A stretch of 64,000 bases of DNA from Marsupella aquatica (lineage: Eukaryota > Plantae > Marchantiophyta): NCBI GenBank assembly GCA_973895155.1, contig OZ316895.1:24557538-24621537 (forward strand), given 5' to 3'. A program made the translations under genes and the position numbers. Position 1 is the stretch's first letter, and every line of letters starts with the position of its first letter. Below, in pieces: positions 48,904 through 63,647 of the stretch. The notes under the pieces were generated by a model. It was not told where the DNA came from, searched no databases, and was given only the letters and a program-made list of their open reading frames with translations.

Positions 48904-51712
48904 ACTGCAGTTTGTGTCGTGCACGGAACCAGGAGCTTTAGCCAATTGTTGTTGCAGCACCCGTCATATAGAGGATGCCAGATGGATAGCGATCCACAAT
49001 TGAAGACCGGGATGACCACTACCTCAGCTAGATAAATTCGCTACGGAGCAAAGTAGTGATGAACGATTGCAACACAGACACGAGTTTGAAGAAGCCTTTT
49101 GAGTATCGATACGAAGAGGTACGCACTTTGCCTAAACGGAAGAACGCACCAAAATCAAAGCAAGGTTGGACAGCCAAGCATTCGCTTTCTTGGAGAGGTC
49201 GCCTCTGTAGACTTTAGCGGAAGTGAGAGAGAACTTCGGTAGATCGAGCCAGAACTGAGACTGAGACGAGGCCGGAGCTTGAGGGAAGATAATTACTGAT
49301 ACTGTCTTATATAATTTCGGACATGAGTTTTAAAATGACATTTAGAGCGAGAATCAACGATGATACTTGCTGTACTCGGTCATAGATCCTGGACCCAGAT
49401 GAGAGCCCATGACGTGCTGAGAGAATATAAAATTGAGCTCCTCAGTGCTCTCATCGCGGCACCATATGGTCCGGATTGTGCTCCACGATCGGTTCGCTTG
49501 CAAGAAACGACATCGTTGGCGACGCTTGTTTTAGAGTACATGATGTAAGTGTGCAGTCGTAAAAAGCAATGCAAGCCAGACACTGCATGCAAATGTGGAG
49601 TCCGCGACGATATCTAGGCTCCGGCACTCCACTCCATTTCAAAGACAAGTAAATTATATACAACAAGTATCAGCCCGCGAAGGGTGAGGGGATCTGCGTG
49701 TACCTCCGACAAATTGGGGCCGCCATACTAGGCACCAAGAAAGGTTGAGTGCTAATGTTTAGAAGTGCGAGCTAAAGTGCAGAAAAAAGCCGATTGAAGC
49801 GACAAGATCCAAAAAAGAATAACGGGTTAACCGCACGACTACTGTAGACTATGGAGATTTTAAAGTTTGATCCAAAGATGAAATCTCGGTCTTCTCGGTT
49901 TCTACCAAAATTTTCCGCTGGGTTTTTATTTACGTTTGAAAACGACATGGACATCTATTTCTTTTTACATAGGAATTCTTTACTAGCAAAAAGTTTGGGA
50001 AGCCATCTAAGCTATGGCTCTCGACTTAGATCTTTATTTCCACTTAAGTAGCAACCAAGTGAAATGAGGTATAATCTGGGAGGCACAATCCAAACTTTCA
50101 ACTTCAACACTAGCCATGTCAAAAACCTGATTTCCCCATTTTTAGTGCTTTTTCCTGATCGAAAGTGTGGAGCAAAGTCTCACTGTAGAGGAAAACAATG
50201 CCAAAAAGGGAGAAATATTGGACCTTTCTCCCTCTTTATATGGCCAGTGGTGGTTTAGATAGGATTAATTTGTAAGCTTACCTTTACAAGTGAGCATTTT
50301 CGCAAAGGTAGAAACCCTCAACACATCTTAGAATCTTGTCAACCCTTATGGTTGAGACTTACTATTTCTAGACACACGGCAAAATTGAGAGTCCTGGTAG
50401 GAACAGTGAAATACCTAGTGTTTTCCCTAGTATTTTGTGAGTCCTTGGAGGACTAGGAAAGATCCTATTTGGAGATCCATGAGAATCTAGTTTCCATGTA
50501 CCTTGATCCTGGAATACTTGCTTTTCCCATATGTGATTCTTTTATCTGGGAGATTGTAGAATTTCCATTGAGAAAGGTGAGAAAAGCTGAAAAGCTGAGA
50601 AGTTCTGGAAGACACTATTTTATAACCAAAAAATGCATACATTTTTATTTTTCATTTTTTTAGGGGAAACCCCACAGAAAGAGAAGAATCAGTCACAATA
50701 GTTGGGAAATGTCAGCCACAATAGATGAACCCAAGACCTATCAGTCTCTATTCAAGTGAACTACCACAAAGTCATGCCCCTCAAAAAACACTTACATTCG
50801 TGTCATGAATCATAAATGTATTAAACTTCACTGCCACACTGCTCACTGAAATTTATTTTGTTGAATATTGCAAAGTGGTGGTTTTGACCCCCATTCAATC
50901 TGGGAAGTTTACTTCTTTGTTAATTACCCTAGGAAATTGTCAAACTAATAGGATATCCTCCTACCTGATCCCTGGACCATTTTTCCCCGGATTTTTCCCT
51001 GTGAGACTTGAGTGCATGTCTTGAATGGAGGCAAAGTGCTCTGGCAATTATTGCTGAACAAGAATTGTAGTCAATATTTCCAGTACAAATGACCAGGCAA
51101 ACCCCATGATCTTTTGAATGAAACTCTGAACAAATGACATGAAAACCCATCAAAGTCAAGTTTAGTGTAGCACATTGTTACGGAAGTGGAAATTAAGGAG
51201 GACTGACTTCCTCATTGTCAAAAGTAGGCCCCAAGAGAGGATGTCCCCACATGCGCAAGAAATATTTACTTCAGCCGATGAGCAGCAAGCACTGAAGCCT
51301 CTTTAACTTTCTTCATGTTAAGCTCTTGCCCCCGCTGTTGGCCTTCAAGAAATTCAAATCTGAACGCAGACTCCATTTTACAGGCCAAAGTCATCACCGC
51401 TATGGCTCTGTGCTAACCCTAAACCCTAAGCTGGAAAACTGCGGACCCTGATCCTATAGAAGGAACCACAGTACACATTCCCAACCGATCTCACCTTCTC
51501 TGATACTCATTGAATTGGGAAGGTAGTCACCCAAGACAGCCTGACTCACCTCTGGATTTGATTGTGACTAAACAGGAATGCTTGTTGAAATATCCACCCC
51601 ACAGCAACAGTTTCTGAACTCTTGTCTTTTCTCCCTTAGATTTTGCTACCAATCTAGCTGTTCTTTAGGACTAAATTAGCTGTCATTAATTAATGTGTCT
51701 TTCAGATTAGTG

Positions 51713-52095
51713 CCCGGTTTGAAATGACGTTTCAACTTGCCATTTGTCACATATTTGCCTATATTCCCTGGCCGGCCCCCAACTTTCCTGACCCCCTCCC
51801 GGCCCCCTCCCGGCCCCCTCCTGGACTCTCCAAAACCCTCCTGGCCTGGTCCCGGACTCCCCTGATTTAGCAAGCCAGCCCCCAGTCAGGGGTTGGGACA
51901 GGCGGCTGGGGAAGGGCCGGGACAGGTTGGGGCCAGGGTCAGGGGAGGGGGGGGGGTGTGGACGGGTTGGGCCAGGCCGGGGCCGGGTTGGGGCGGGGTG
52001 TGGGCTGGTTGGGGCCAGGGCGGGGACGACCGGTTGTGACATATGTGGGATGTAGGGGTCCAGACCCCTCATTTGTCGGACAAGTCCAAACAGGG
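51713..52095. mobile_element. 383-bp GC-rich non-autonomous TIR element
   Basis: 8-bp direct repeat GATTAGTG (51705-51712, 52096-52103); termini CCCGGTTTGAA / CCCTGTTTGGA (9/11); C-rich left half and G-rich right half. Confidence 0.65.
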
Positions 52096-53262
52096 GATTA
52101 GTGGCACTTACTTCTTCTTGCCTTTACTTTTCTTGTGTGCATTTACTTTTCTTGTGTGCGGGTGCTATGTTACCTCACTTGTGTATTTAACGCTCCTCTG
52201 ATGAAGGAATTAACAAGTGATTTTAAATATACCCAACATTTCTACAGTTCCGACCCAAGAGAATATTTTCAGCTTTCAACAAATACGGTGCGACACGAGA
52301 CATGACCAAAAACATTAGATGAATGTGAGATTCATATTTCCCCTAACAGAGCGCACAACAGATCATAATAGGGGGTCTGCAACAGAAAGACAATTGTACC
52401 GCCAGGTATTGGGGGCTGTATAGGAAACAATCTGAGCGCTGCATGCTAGCTTCCTTAACTTCTGTTTTTGGATCCCAGATCCTTGTCCACGAACTCTGCT
52501 ACTCGGCCTGGACTGATGTCCAAGCATTCAGCAACATCATTAGAAATAGCATGAAATTCATATTCCTCAGTCAGAGAAAATCTACTAACCAAGGCAATCT
52601 AAACACGGATTGAGCTGAGTGTAATCAAGAAATGAGATTGAGCTTTCTTCTTACCAGCTCCTGTGTATTTATTTGATCATGCTCGTTGGAGCAGCGATAT
52701 TACTTAGGCTCGTTGGGAGTGTCTGTTTCAGAATATAGATCCTTGTATCAAATCTCTATTTTCCTCCAAACAATCTTGTCTTGCTCCCGTGCCAAAAACA
52801 GCTTTTGTGAGCCATATTTACAGTCATGCATGATTGTGAAGGTTTTACTTCAAGTTTCTCCTTGATAAGACATATGAAATCACTTATGTCAGTGGACTTA
52901 CGATGCATAACTCTGCTCATGCATTCAACATAGTTCAGAAAATTACTGTAGATAACTTCGTTTGTCTGGATGATACGATGGTAGAAACTGATTTAAGAGT
53001 AAACCCGAGAGTAAATCGCTCTAAGACTGGGAATTTTTGGATATCATAGCATTGCTCGCCTATAAGAACATAATATTCCATGATGTGACTTCAAAAGATT
53101 ATCTTGTCTTGAAATCACTCTCTTAGTCTCTTGGCTTGAAAGTACTGTTGGCACGGACAAGTGGACATTAGAGCAAGATTTTATGCGGTGAAACGATATC
53201 GTGGCTCACCAACATAGGAGACACAAGTCATGTTGACAGTGGATATAGCGCTTCACCTTAAT

Positions 53263-53582
53263 TGAATTTCGCTGGAGGCACCGTTAACCATTTGAATCTG
53301 AAAGGAAGTCTCCAGGGACCAGGGCCCATTATGGGCAGTCCTGTTCCTGAATTTCGCAGAAGGCACCGTTAACCAGTTGAATCTGAAAGGAAGTCTTCAG
53401 GGCCCATAACGGGCAGTCCTGTTCCTGAATTTCGCAGAAGGCACCGGTAACCAGTTGAATCTGAAAGGAAGTCTTCAGGGCCCATTATGGGCAGTCCTGT
53501 TCCTGAATTTCGCAGTAGTCAACGTGAACCATTTGAATCTGAAAGGAAGTCTTGAGGGCCCATGTTCATGAATTTCGCAGAA
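53263..53582 (+). repeat. ~78-85-bp minisatellite x4
   Basis: ggcaccgttaacca(t/g)ttgaatctgaaaggaagtct…gggcccat…tgttcctgaatttcgcag. Confidence 0.9.
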
Positions 53583-56500
53583 AGAATCGTCGAGCAATGC
53601 CTCGTTTTTCTTCGTGTCAGCGGAATAAAGGATGGCGTGAAGTGTCCATAAGGTTTTCCTTACCTTAGGGAGACCGAGTGTATGCGTCTGGTCAATTGGA
53701 CTTCAGGTCTGTGTACTGGAGCACGCGCGGACTTTCAAATGCGCACGAATCACACGCGATGCATGTTGTTCGACGCGCTGTATAAAAGATATGAAGGCAG
53801 TAATACTAAAGAATGATGGAAGGCCAAGATGGCGTTTTACATACAAAACTATTTTTATCAAAGCTCCCGATTTCAATATGCGAATCTCTCATCATCGTCC
53901 TCGTCACTGTGTCAGTGAGGTACATTACAGTACCGAAAACCCACGCCCAAAGCGAGGGCATGGAATGTGACCTTTGTACAGGGTGCCCATATTACTCCCT
54001 TTTCCGCGGGAGGCCGACATTAGTAATGATATGTAACGGGTACAAAAAGATGACGAGCTCACAAGAGCCATGCAAATGAGCGTCCCTGGTCTCAGAACAC
54101 GTACGAGGGAAGGATGAATGGACATGCCGGAGGTGCGGTACCTTGAATGGAGAAATGATTTCCAATCTGTAGCGTTGCAGACTGCAAGTACAGTATATAG
54201 TATAGGACAGTTCTCAAAAGCTTCCCAAGTTTGAAATTCTTCAATTGAAGCAGTTTTTTCAACACAAGTGGGGTACGGTAAAGACCTTTTTTGAAGCACA
54301 CAATCCAATCTACGAAAGTGTTTTGGAAGAGCATGTGCTACGACCTCATTACTGCTGCAGCAAGTGCAATCCGTACCTTGATAGCAATGCATAGTACAGT
54401 CTTTCTTTCCTCCTCGATCATTCTACCAAGCGTTTTTTAGCATCCCAGGGCTTAAGCTCGTATTTATTGCACATGTGCATACACCAGCAACAATTGCAGT
54501 ACAGCACCGTAGTTTACATAATTATGGAACCAGGTCGGTGCTTAAGGCTATTTAAAAATGAGAAAATTTATATGCTCAGAGTGTTTCATGATCCAACCAC
54601 TAGCGGTCCCAAGTTTTGCCAGCGAATGATCGATCAGGTTTTTTTTAAGGTCAAGATCAGAGGCGAGTAGGCATTATGGCTACGTACTGCCCATTGGCTT
54701 GCCTAAGTAGAGGTAGCCACGGTATGTTTTTGGCTGCATGTACTGTAGTAATGTGATCTGTCCATATGGACTCAGTTGGCCACAAGTCTAGGTTATGTAT
54801 CAGAAGATTTGGCAGGTTTGAAGTTTGAGCCACGGCCTCAAATAAGCACAAGCCAGGAAAAATAGGGCGATGAAATAACCTGCTAAACTAGATCATAAAT
54901 CACTCTTACCAATTGTGAAGTACAAAAACATGAATAATTATTAACCTCCATTCATCGAAACACACCTGCTGCCAAGTACTTTAGCTGCTGCCTGGTGCAC
55001 ACGTATATGCGGAGGAGGTGGCCATAGATACATTGATATGGTAGGACACAGGCTGTCCAGGCCAACAGTGGCTTGGGAGGGGCTACACAGTCAACCCTCG
55101 GGAGTACTCCTGAGTACCCACAGTGTCACCTCAGTATATAAAAATGTAGATAATAAGAATTTAAAACTTCCCTTTGGGAAAGCAGCTGGGCATAATCCCA
55201 AGGCAGGATTTGGGGAATTTTTGCCATTAAAAACAGGGGCAGAGTGGGTTTAGGGTTTTTTGTTTTCTTTGCCTCAAAAGAACCAAATGAATTCCATTCA
55301 AATAGCCAACATACAAAAACAGTGGGCCACAAAGAGCACCAACCCAGGGGACCGGAGGTCAGAGTGCAAAAACCGGTGGGGCCGGGACCAGGGAGGAAGC
55401 TGAGCCCATAAGGGACAATTAAACAAGAAATTTAGGAACTACAGCCGGAATAGCACACTCCTAAAGACCGACCAGTGACCAGGTTCCGGTGGGGTTCCTG
55501 CCAGTGGATCCGTGCGGGAGCAAAGCTCCAAACAGTCACAGAGTGGGTCGCCTTGTTTTCGTGTGGGGGTCCCCATGTGGTTGGGATGCCAAAAGCTCCA
55601 TCTGCGTAGTGATGACAGAGGCAACTTGGATCCTGCAATGGCTTTTGGCTGGTAAGATTCCAAGTTGGAGCTACAGGAGTTTGAATCAGGGTTAATGGGG
55701 TAATGGCTACAGTCCTTGCTAAAGTGAATGATTTCAAATTACAACTAAAAAAAAGAATTATTGTGATACTTCCCTTACAATCTCTCAAGCTATGGAGGCA
55801 AGCTCTGGTTTGCATTGCTCATCGACAATGAAGTCTAGTGGGCAGCTGCTATCCACAACATATGAGCCAGTTGCATCCCGTTGCAGTGGGAGGTTCTTTG
55901 CTGTTGTTGAGTTACTGCATTGTGGGCCAAAACGCTGCAAAAATGATTGCTTTAGCTTGAGTTTTGAGGGGCTATTCTTGCCCATTATGATCTCATAATA
56001 GGGAATGAATACACTTAAAATGCCTGCATTGTTTTCCATGCAGTACAAGATTACAAAGAGAAATATTAGAAGGGCATTAAGGTAGTTCTATTGTTTTGTT
56101 GTTCTCTTTTACGCTCACTGACAGTAGTCTGCAGCAACCTCGTAAACCTTGCCCCCTGCGCCATCTCCCCCGCCCCTAAATAATTAAATGTTATGAAGAA
56201 GATCGATGAACTTTTAATGCACCCCGCCTTCTCCCTTCCTCCCTTTCTTTTGACACTGATTGAGAGTGAAGTCGGAACGACGGCACAAGATTCGTATTGC
56301 CCTCTAGGGAAAAGTGAAGTTCGTTGGTGGCTGGAAAAGGTAGAGAAATACAGTCCTAGCAACTGAATATCATCGATCACGTCACGAATCATTGGCAGAA
56401 GCGGAAAAACAAGGCAGAAAATGTGAAATTCTTGAAAAATTGAATCATTATCTAGTTCTTGTCGGTTTACAAGGCTAATGTCCGACAAGGTTGTAGGGAA

Positions 56501-59500
56501 ATGGGAGTGTACCGTTGAAGGATTCCAGTTTCCGTGAGGAGGCATTTTGCCCCAGTCAGAAGACAAAAGGAGACATGGCGATTGATTGATTTGAAAGTTG
56601 TCTGGTCTCCGACATTCCCAACGGGACTAGTGAACCTGCCCCAGACTATGTTTTGCTGATGTGAAAGTCTAAGTTATGACTAATTTAACTAATTAGTCAT
56701 GCTCCCGTTAATTTAGTCGAGCACGGATGAAGAACTCGGTCACTGAACATGAAGTCAACCGACGAAGTGATCGCGTCCTCCATCGATGATTGCCAGAGAA
56801 ATCTTCGAAGGGACAAAGTTTCGTCTAGGTCAAGTAAAATAGCTACAAACTCATTTGTCGAATGACATTGAAATAGTCTATAGCATGGGGAGTTCCAACG
56901 TATCAAAACGAATCTGGTGTGACTTCGAATTGCAATCATCACTAGGATCTTGTTATTGAACTCGAGCAACAAAATCTCTCGAGACGGAGCTTCTGTCTGT
57001 GTGGACAGAAATTCTTATCGTCAAGATTGTGGATCACCTTTCCACAGTTGGGGTTGAATGACTTCGATCCTGCTCATCAGCATCTTTCCAAATCGACCCT
57101 TCAGCAGCCAAATGTGACTGTTTTTAGTTCGTTTTGGTTTTCACAAAAGACATCGTTAGATAAAAAACTTTTCCAGACCGAATCTAATTCCCAAACTAAC
57201 GACTTTTGTCCAACAATCCATCCAAGATCTTTAGGACGGGAACTGATGAGGAAAGTGTTGTTTTCTCCCACGACACTGAATCCATCCAATATGATAGAAT
57301 TGACCAACTTCTTTGTCTGTGAAAGACTTTACTGCAGTTGTTGTGGAATGAAAAAAATATACTGAGTGGGGCCATGTGTAAAACACGGGGTAGAAAAAGC
57401 TACTCAACCAGACCCTGATGGACAACGTTCCAGTGAAATGTGATGAGAGGGGCTGGTAAGGCCGGGTTCTAGGGTGTTGAGGCGGGGGCAGTCCAAGCAA
57501 TACTTCATGTGCGTCACTTATTATTGAGCTTTTCCGCTGAGCCCAACAAGCATCCAAAGCTACGAGCAAGATTTGCAAAGACCCTCCCATCGTGAGCGTT
57601 GATTGCCACGTTGATTGAGCTTCAATGCAAGTCCTGGAGCATTAAGCGGGAAAAATTGAAGAGGGCTGATTGAGAGAGCTCTAATTCGCTGCTTTGAGCT
57701 ATACTAGGGCATCTCAGAACTCTGCCGCGGGCCTGAAGTTAACAGAGTCATGGTGAATCCCGAAACTCTGGTTACGCGACCAAATAAACGATCTTAAAAC
57801 TGAGGGAGGCAGCATTGACCCATTGGGCCCCAGCCCGCATTGAACAGTGTGTTACATATGCAGATTCCCATGTGGCATGCACTGACTTGTGCGAATTTGT
57901 TGGTGAGTGTGGGCTTCACTAATAGAATTTGAAACACGTCCCTGTTCTTGAAGTAAATATCCCTTCATTCTCAGCTACACACCTTCACTAACTGACTTGT
58001 CCCAACCCCTGCCCGTGTTTTCTGTATGCACCTCCAAGTTAACCCCGCTCGCTTTCTGTAGTCACCTTCTCCAGTGACGACCGTCGGCTTCACTCTTTCT
58101 GCCTGCACCCCCACTCACTTGCCTTGAGAGTAGCTTTGGATTGGGATTATATAATGATAGATTCGGGCCTGCTTGAAAGGCTTTTTTGTGGGGCCACACT
58201 AAGTATCTCTCTGCGAATGGAAAGTATGAGCATTGACAAAATGGCACCAGCGCGCCACTTGGGAAAGTGCTACAGTAAGTTCCACCGATTGGTAATGTAC
58301 AGCGCTAAGCGAAGTCTGGACGTACCGCTTCGAATTCCTTGTCCGGAAAGCAAATAAGTACTCAAGCATGGGGAACAGGACTTGGGACAAAATCTGCACG
58401 TTACAGTTGTTGGGTTCAAGGAACCGAAAAGGCGAAAACCCCTGCGTGGAGGAGCAGATCAGATAAGATCAGATCTTGTGTTGCTTGCAGAATACACTGC
58501 ATTCAAACGTTCCTTGCCATCCAAGGCGGTAAGGGCCTACTAGAGGATGAAAACGAGACAAATTGCAGTTAATTTTGTTTTCATGCGTTAGTCGTCCGGC
58601 CTTGGGTTCAAGTGGTTTGGTCTCATTTCAGGCGCTGATGGGAAGTTACAGACAGAGGACTTGGTCACCATCCTCTATCCACAAGACCACAACCCATTGT
58701 TCTACTGGAGCCTATGCATTCGATGGTGCCGTGTGCATTTCGCGTTTCATTAATTACACTTCCGTAGTGGTGGGCCGCTTAATTCTTTGACCGGGATCAC
58801 TTTTCGTCTTTTCCTTGAATCATATTCGTAGAAGTGAAAAGAGCCTGACAGTTTTCCTTCGAGGAAATGAGCTGACCCATCGAGTTGCCTACTGACTAAA
58901 TTGTGTTATTGTCTGTGATAAGAATCAAATGCCCAATCAGGATGCTGTTCAGTCGATATTCCAGACGGCAAAATGACAAATCTGTTTCTCGCTTTCTACC
59001 CTTTGTATTTCCTACAGTAAATATAGTCGCTCGTATGGATGAATGACTCTCAATCTCCCGCTGCCCGCGGGTGTGAGTTCCCAAGAAAGCTCTACTTTGG
59101 GAATTCGTTGCTTGCTAAAATTCGGGAGGGGAAGTCCAAGCGGCTGATGAGCATCGAATCTGATGACGCACACGAGAACTTGCACAGTGCTGTACAGTAG
59201 GCTAGAGAGCTAGAGCTTTCATATAAGGTGATAAAGTAGAATACGCAGGTACTGTAGGCCACAGACGGTGATACGTCGTCAATGTTGAAATAATCATCAC
59301 CGATACACTCCAGTAGACCCTGAGTCTGACTGTGGACTACCAAAGTCTACAAAAGTCGAATAATCACTTGCAAACCAGTTCAAGTTGATTAATGACAATA
59401 TGTACAATCGCAATAAGCGGCAGAGACGACGGCACTGGCCTACGTCGAAACGAATCAATGCTCAGCTCTCGGAAGGTCGACCGTGGGCCCGTGGCTGTGA

Positions 59501-62500
59501 TGTAAGCAGGAAAAATCAAAAGCCTCAAATTGCGGCCCATGCCTCCCACCCAGGTGCTGTACAAAGCAGAGGTCCACTTGTCAGGATTTGAATGGGTATA
59601 TAAGTAAATGCTATCAACAAGATGGACAGACTGACAGAGGACATTAATCTCTGTGGACGTAAACAGAGGACATATAGACGCCGTTTTAAGCAGCCCACAA
59701 GAGGACAATCTTTCTGTTTTGCTCTGGGTAGCTGGCCTGAACCCTTCAGAGTTTCGGGTAGATCGCAAGTACGGCAACTGTGTCACTGCAATTTAGCAAT
59801 AGATACGGTACTCACTGCGCGTTAGCAACAATGTACTCTCGCTAGAAAGTTCCGTTTCTTCGAAGGTAGTCTCTGTCCTTTCAACAAAAAAGAAAGCATA
59901 GCTCAATGCGTGTCTGCTCCAAGGTAACATCAACTTATTCTCTCCTGGGCGTGCAGTCTGGAACGAATTGTATATAAATTCTTCTAGCTATCGAAAGTAA
60001 TGCCCTGATAGATTTGCAGACTGTCCCTGGTAACTAGTATGAACTCCTACAGGCTTCTTTTGAAATTGAGTTTTTAGGACTTAAAGGCTAAACCAGTTTT
60101 TAGGTAGGACTTAAAGGGCACATCACAAGTTTGAGGGGGTAATCCTTTCCCCCCCATAAATCTCATATCACTAGACTTGCCCTCTAACTTGTGATGTGAC
60201 ATTGATGGGATGGAAAGGAAACGATAGGATAGTTTTATCACACCTTTCCACTTACTGATCTATTTGGCTCTATTTTAATTTGCCTGGAGCTTCAAGACAA
60301 AAAGTTCCATGATTCAGGTTCAATCAAAGAGTGATCACGTCAGAGGGTCAATTGAAAACAGGTTTCTAGACTTTACAGGTCATTTCTCACTACAACATGT
60401 AAACAATTCTATGTGAGCAATTTAGGATGTTTCTGTACAGTCCCTAGCAGGTTTGTCAGTCGATGAGGGCATCATGCCTAAGCTGCCAGTCCATCCTGGC
60501 ATTACTTTTAGTAATATCTATCCCATGCAAGTGTTTGTGTCAAAGAAACCATAGTTCTCAACAAATTCTATGGTGATTTCCCATCTGAAAGAAGTTTGCC
60601 ACTGTTTTTCTTTCAATTATCTCAAACTTCATAATTGCCATCATAATCTTGGACATTACTATCATATAGTGAAGTGAATTTTGATATCATTTGTTAACTT
60701 GGTCCAGATAGAAGCTTAGATTTTGTTGCTCTTTCAGATTCCAACTTTTTAGGATGTTTTAAGTGAAGAAAACCCAAAGGAGGTAATGGCATAATGGACT
60801 CAGGTGAAAATCCATCCCCCAAAACTAGCCAAGAAAGCAAACTAAGTAAATACTTTGCAATTCATTATGGGAATGCAATTGCCTTGATTGTACCTTTGCT
60901 TGTGAATGGTGTAATCGTGTGGTTCCATGTCGTTGTGTAGTACACACTTCTGTGCAGAACCTTGATTTGATGATTTAATCGCAACCCAACAGGTTTGCTA
61001 ACAAAGGGGCCAATGGACGCAAATTACACCTGGCCATAGCTTCACCTTGATTGCTTCAAGATATTCAACAGCTATGCTGTGTCTTTGTCCGTCCTTTCTC
61101 CTTCTATCATTATCCTCGATTCCTCGGACCGAGGTAAAGTTAAATTAAGCTGTAATGTGATCATGTGATGTAACAAGACGTGTCCCTTAATTTGCTCATC
61201 AAAATGTGATTAAATATGGTGTACTATGTCATTTCACATCATGATAAATAAATTGTTTTGTTTAAGTTTGGAGAGTGTTACTCTAAACAGGTATCTGGTT
61301 GTCAGATTTTGATGTGCAATGAAGGGGACGCAAGTCGAGGCAGATCACCTTAGTTGGTAGTAGGTAATGCATCCTTAAATTGGCAAAGCTTCTGAATTGG
61401 CCATAACAGAATAATTATAACTTTTCACAAGCTCATGTAAAAGTTTAAAAAATAATAATATGTCACCAGCCTGTACAGTGCGATGGTAATGGGAGATGGT
61501 AATGGTTATGAACTATGAATTTCATACACCATAACAGTTTGTGTCATTTTGTGTCATCCATAATCTGTAAAAATACAGAGTTAAAGTACTCAAATTGTCA
61601 ACTTTGTCTCAACCGTCACAGTTTCAGGTTATGGTCACGGTCTAACCACAGTCTTCCGATGGCATCGTAATTTTAGTTATGATTCTCGAAGTTGACAGGC
61701 TCATGAAGATGAAATCATGGAGAAAGAATTTTAAGAGCGGCGGTGGTTGTGTGCTGTGTCTGCAGTGGGCCTGGATTCCTGACGCTCTTTGTCCGACAGT
61801 TCCTGCGCGGCATACGATACAGTACCAAATGCGACCTTTTACGCCCAAATTCGTATATCAACTTTCAGTGGATTCACTCTCCATGATAGGGAAAATATCC
61901 AATACGAGCGATCCAGTGTCGAGACTCCAGAGTTCCCCTGCTGCTAATCACACATCAAAATGTGATTGCATTCATTGATTGAAAGGAAAAAACTAGAATT
62001 ATCACGGTATGCAGGGGTGTCGTACATCGTATATGTCAGAGTTCGTGTCATCCAGACATGTTTGTCCTCCAGATAGTTCTGATCAATCAAGCTCGTACTT
62101 ACGGGACATCTACAGTAACGTCCAAAACAATCCCGAGTGAATAATGAGTACTGAGACTCTGAGAGAACCAAGATGATGCCAGCTTCCAGCAGCTCTCTGC
62201 ATCACTGCGGCAGTGGGGTACGCTAGAACCTTTCTCGCGGCAAAATCGCATTTGTTATGTTCAGTCTCGGGCATTGGAGTGCGGCGAATCTTCTCTGCCT
62301 TATCCTGCAGGGAAATGATGGAACAGACAGAAGACTCGCTGAGATCTACGAAGTCAGGAATTTCTGAGCTTCACTCGCTCTAAAGAGTATTTTCTGATTG
62401 TGATCAGGCTCCCAAGAGCGAATGCGTCTCTGGTGAACGCCTATAAAAACTACAGCAAATACAACGCGACAGGTCGAATGCATTTCGATACCACAGTAAA

Positions 62501-63603
62501 CCTGGTAAATGTATATTAAAAGGCAACAACGCATGATGTACTGTGTATTTTAATCCAACAATTTTAATAAACTAAACTGGTCTGTTATATCTCTGAGTTT
62601 CATTCCTTCTCCGTATTGACGGCAACTTTGTGATCTGCAATGACTGAGATGCCAGGGACTGTCTCTTGCAGGTTTCATGTAAACAGGACAGTATACATGG
62701 ACTGTAACCTCAATTCTCAGAGAATCAGATGATAAGAGTGATGTAAAACTACTATATGCTGCTGTCAGGAGCAAAGTAACAAAATCAACAGCGCATTATT
62801 ATGAAAATACGGTAGATCATTCCTGCAATAATGGAATTATGAAAACAAACTACAGCTCATTTCACTATTTTTGCGGCGGACGATCTGACTTGCTGAGGAC
62901 CTCTGCTTGCCAACAACCCATTGCAGCACTGACTTGGGGTGGGAACTGGGAAGAGGAGCGGGATACCTCTACGTAGAGGCCTCTCATGAATTGATCGACC
63001 TACATCAGACTCGCGTTCGCTGCTGGTTGTCGCATGACCTGTCCTCCCGCTCATTACTGTAGCTGTCAAATCAGGGCCAGGGTTCCAGCACAACCAGCAG
63101 TTCATAGATTCCACAACATGGAAGACCACTCAGGACTCGCAAAAAGGACTAGATGTGGCAGTGTGCCGTAATCAGCGCAATGACGTCGTTGTTCGCTGTA
63201 CTAAGTTGTCTCCAAGAACTCTTCGTGTTGTTAGATGCCTATCATAGCTGCACTGATCAAGGCTGACGATCGTGTTTGGAAGATAGCCAACTCGACCAAC
63301 GGCACGGCAGCTTCATCATGCCTCCACATAGAAACGACCACTGACCCGATTATTTTCTGTTCCTCATCGTGTCAAGAACGAGAAAGCCAAATGGCACTAT
63401 GAACAAGTGAGGAGAACTTCTACATGATGGAAAACCGAAATCCGGGGCTCATTCTCAGAACATGTTTTACCTTTCATGGGTCTTAGTATTTCCTTTCAGT
63501 GATATGAGCTACAAAGAACAGCAGTCACAGTGCATGCAGAGCCATAAAAGGAGATCAAACTAAGAAGTATCAATAGGAAACGTTGCTTTGATTCCCGTGG
63601 TTA

Positions 63604-63647
63604 ACATGGTTTAGAAAACATGGTTTAGAAAACATGGTTTAGAAACA
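63604..63647 (+). repeat. 14-bp tandem repeat x3
   Basis: acatggtttagaaa repeated. Confidence 0.85.

Noticed and set aside
51414-51430. Telomere-like AACCCTAAACCCTAA (also ~5599)
   Set aside because: Only about two units; common telo-box or interstitial sequence
51707-52072. Pro/Gly-rich ORFs
   Set aside because: Artefact of the GC-rich repeat element
55480-56050. Possible degraded gag zinc knuckle/protease (CF..CGGPH…)
   Set aside because: Too degenerate; no RT, integrase or LTR nearby to support it
56066-57365. Coding-looking ORF fragments including LLDLDETL (HAD DxDxT-like)
   Set aside because: Isolated motif with no other HAD motifs; may be a decayed gene or TE but cannot be assigned without a search
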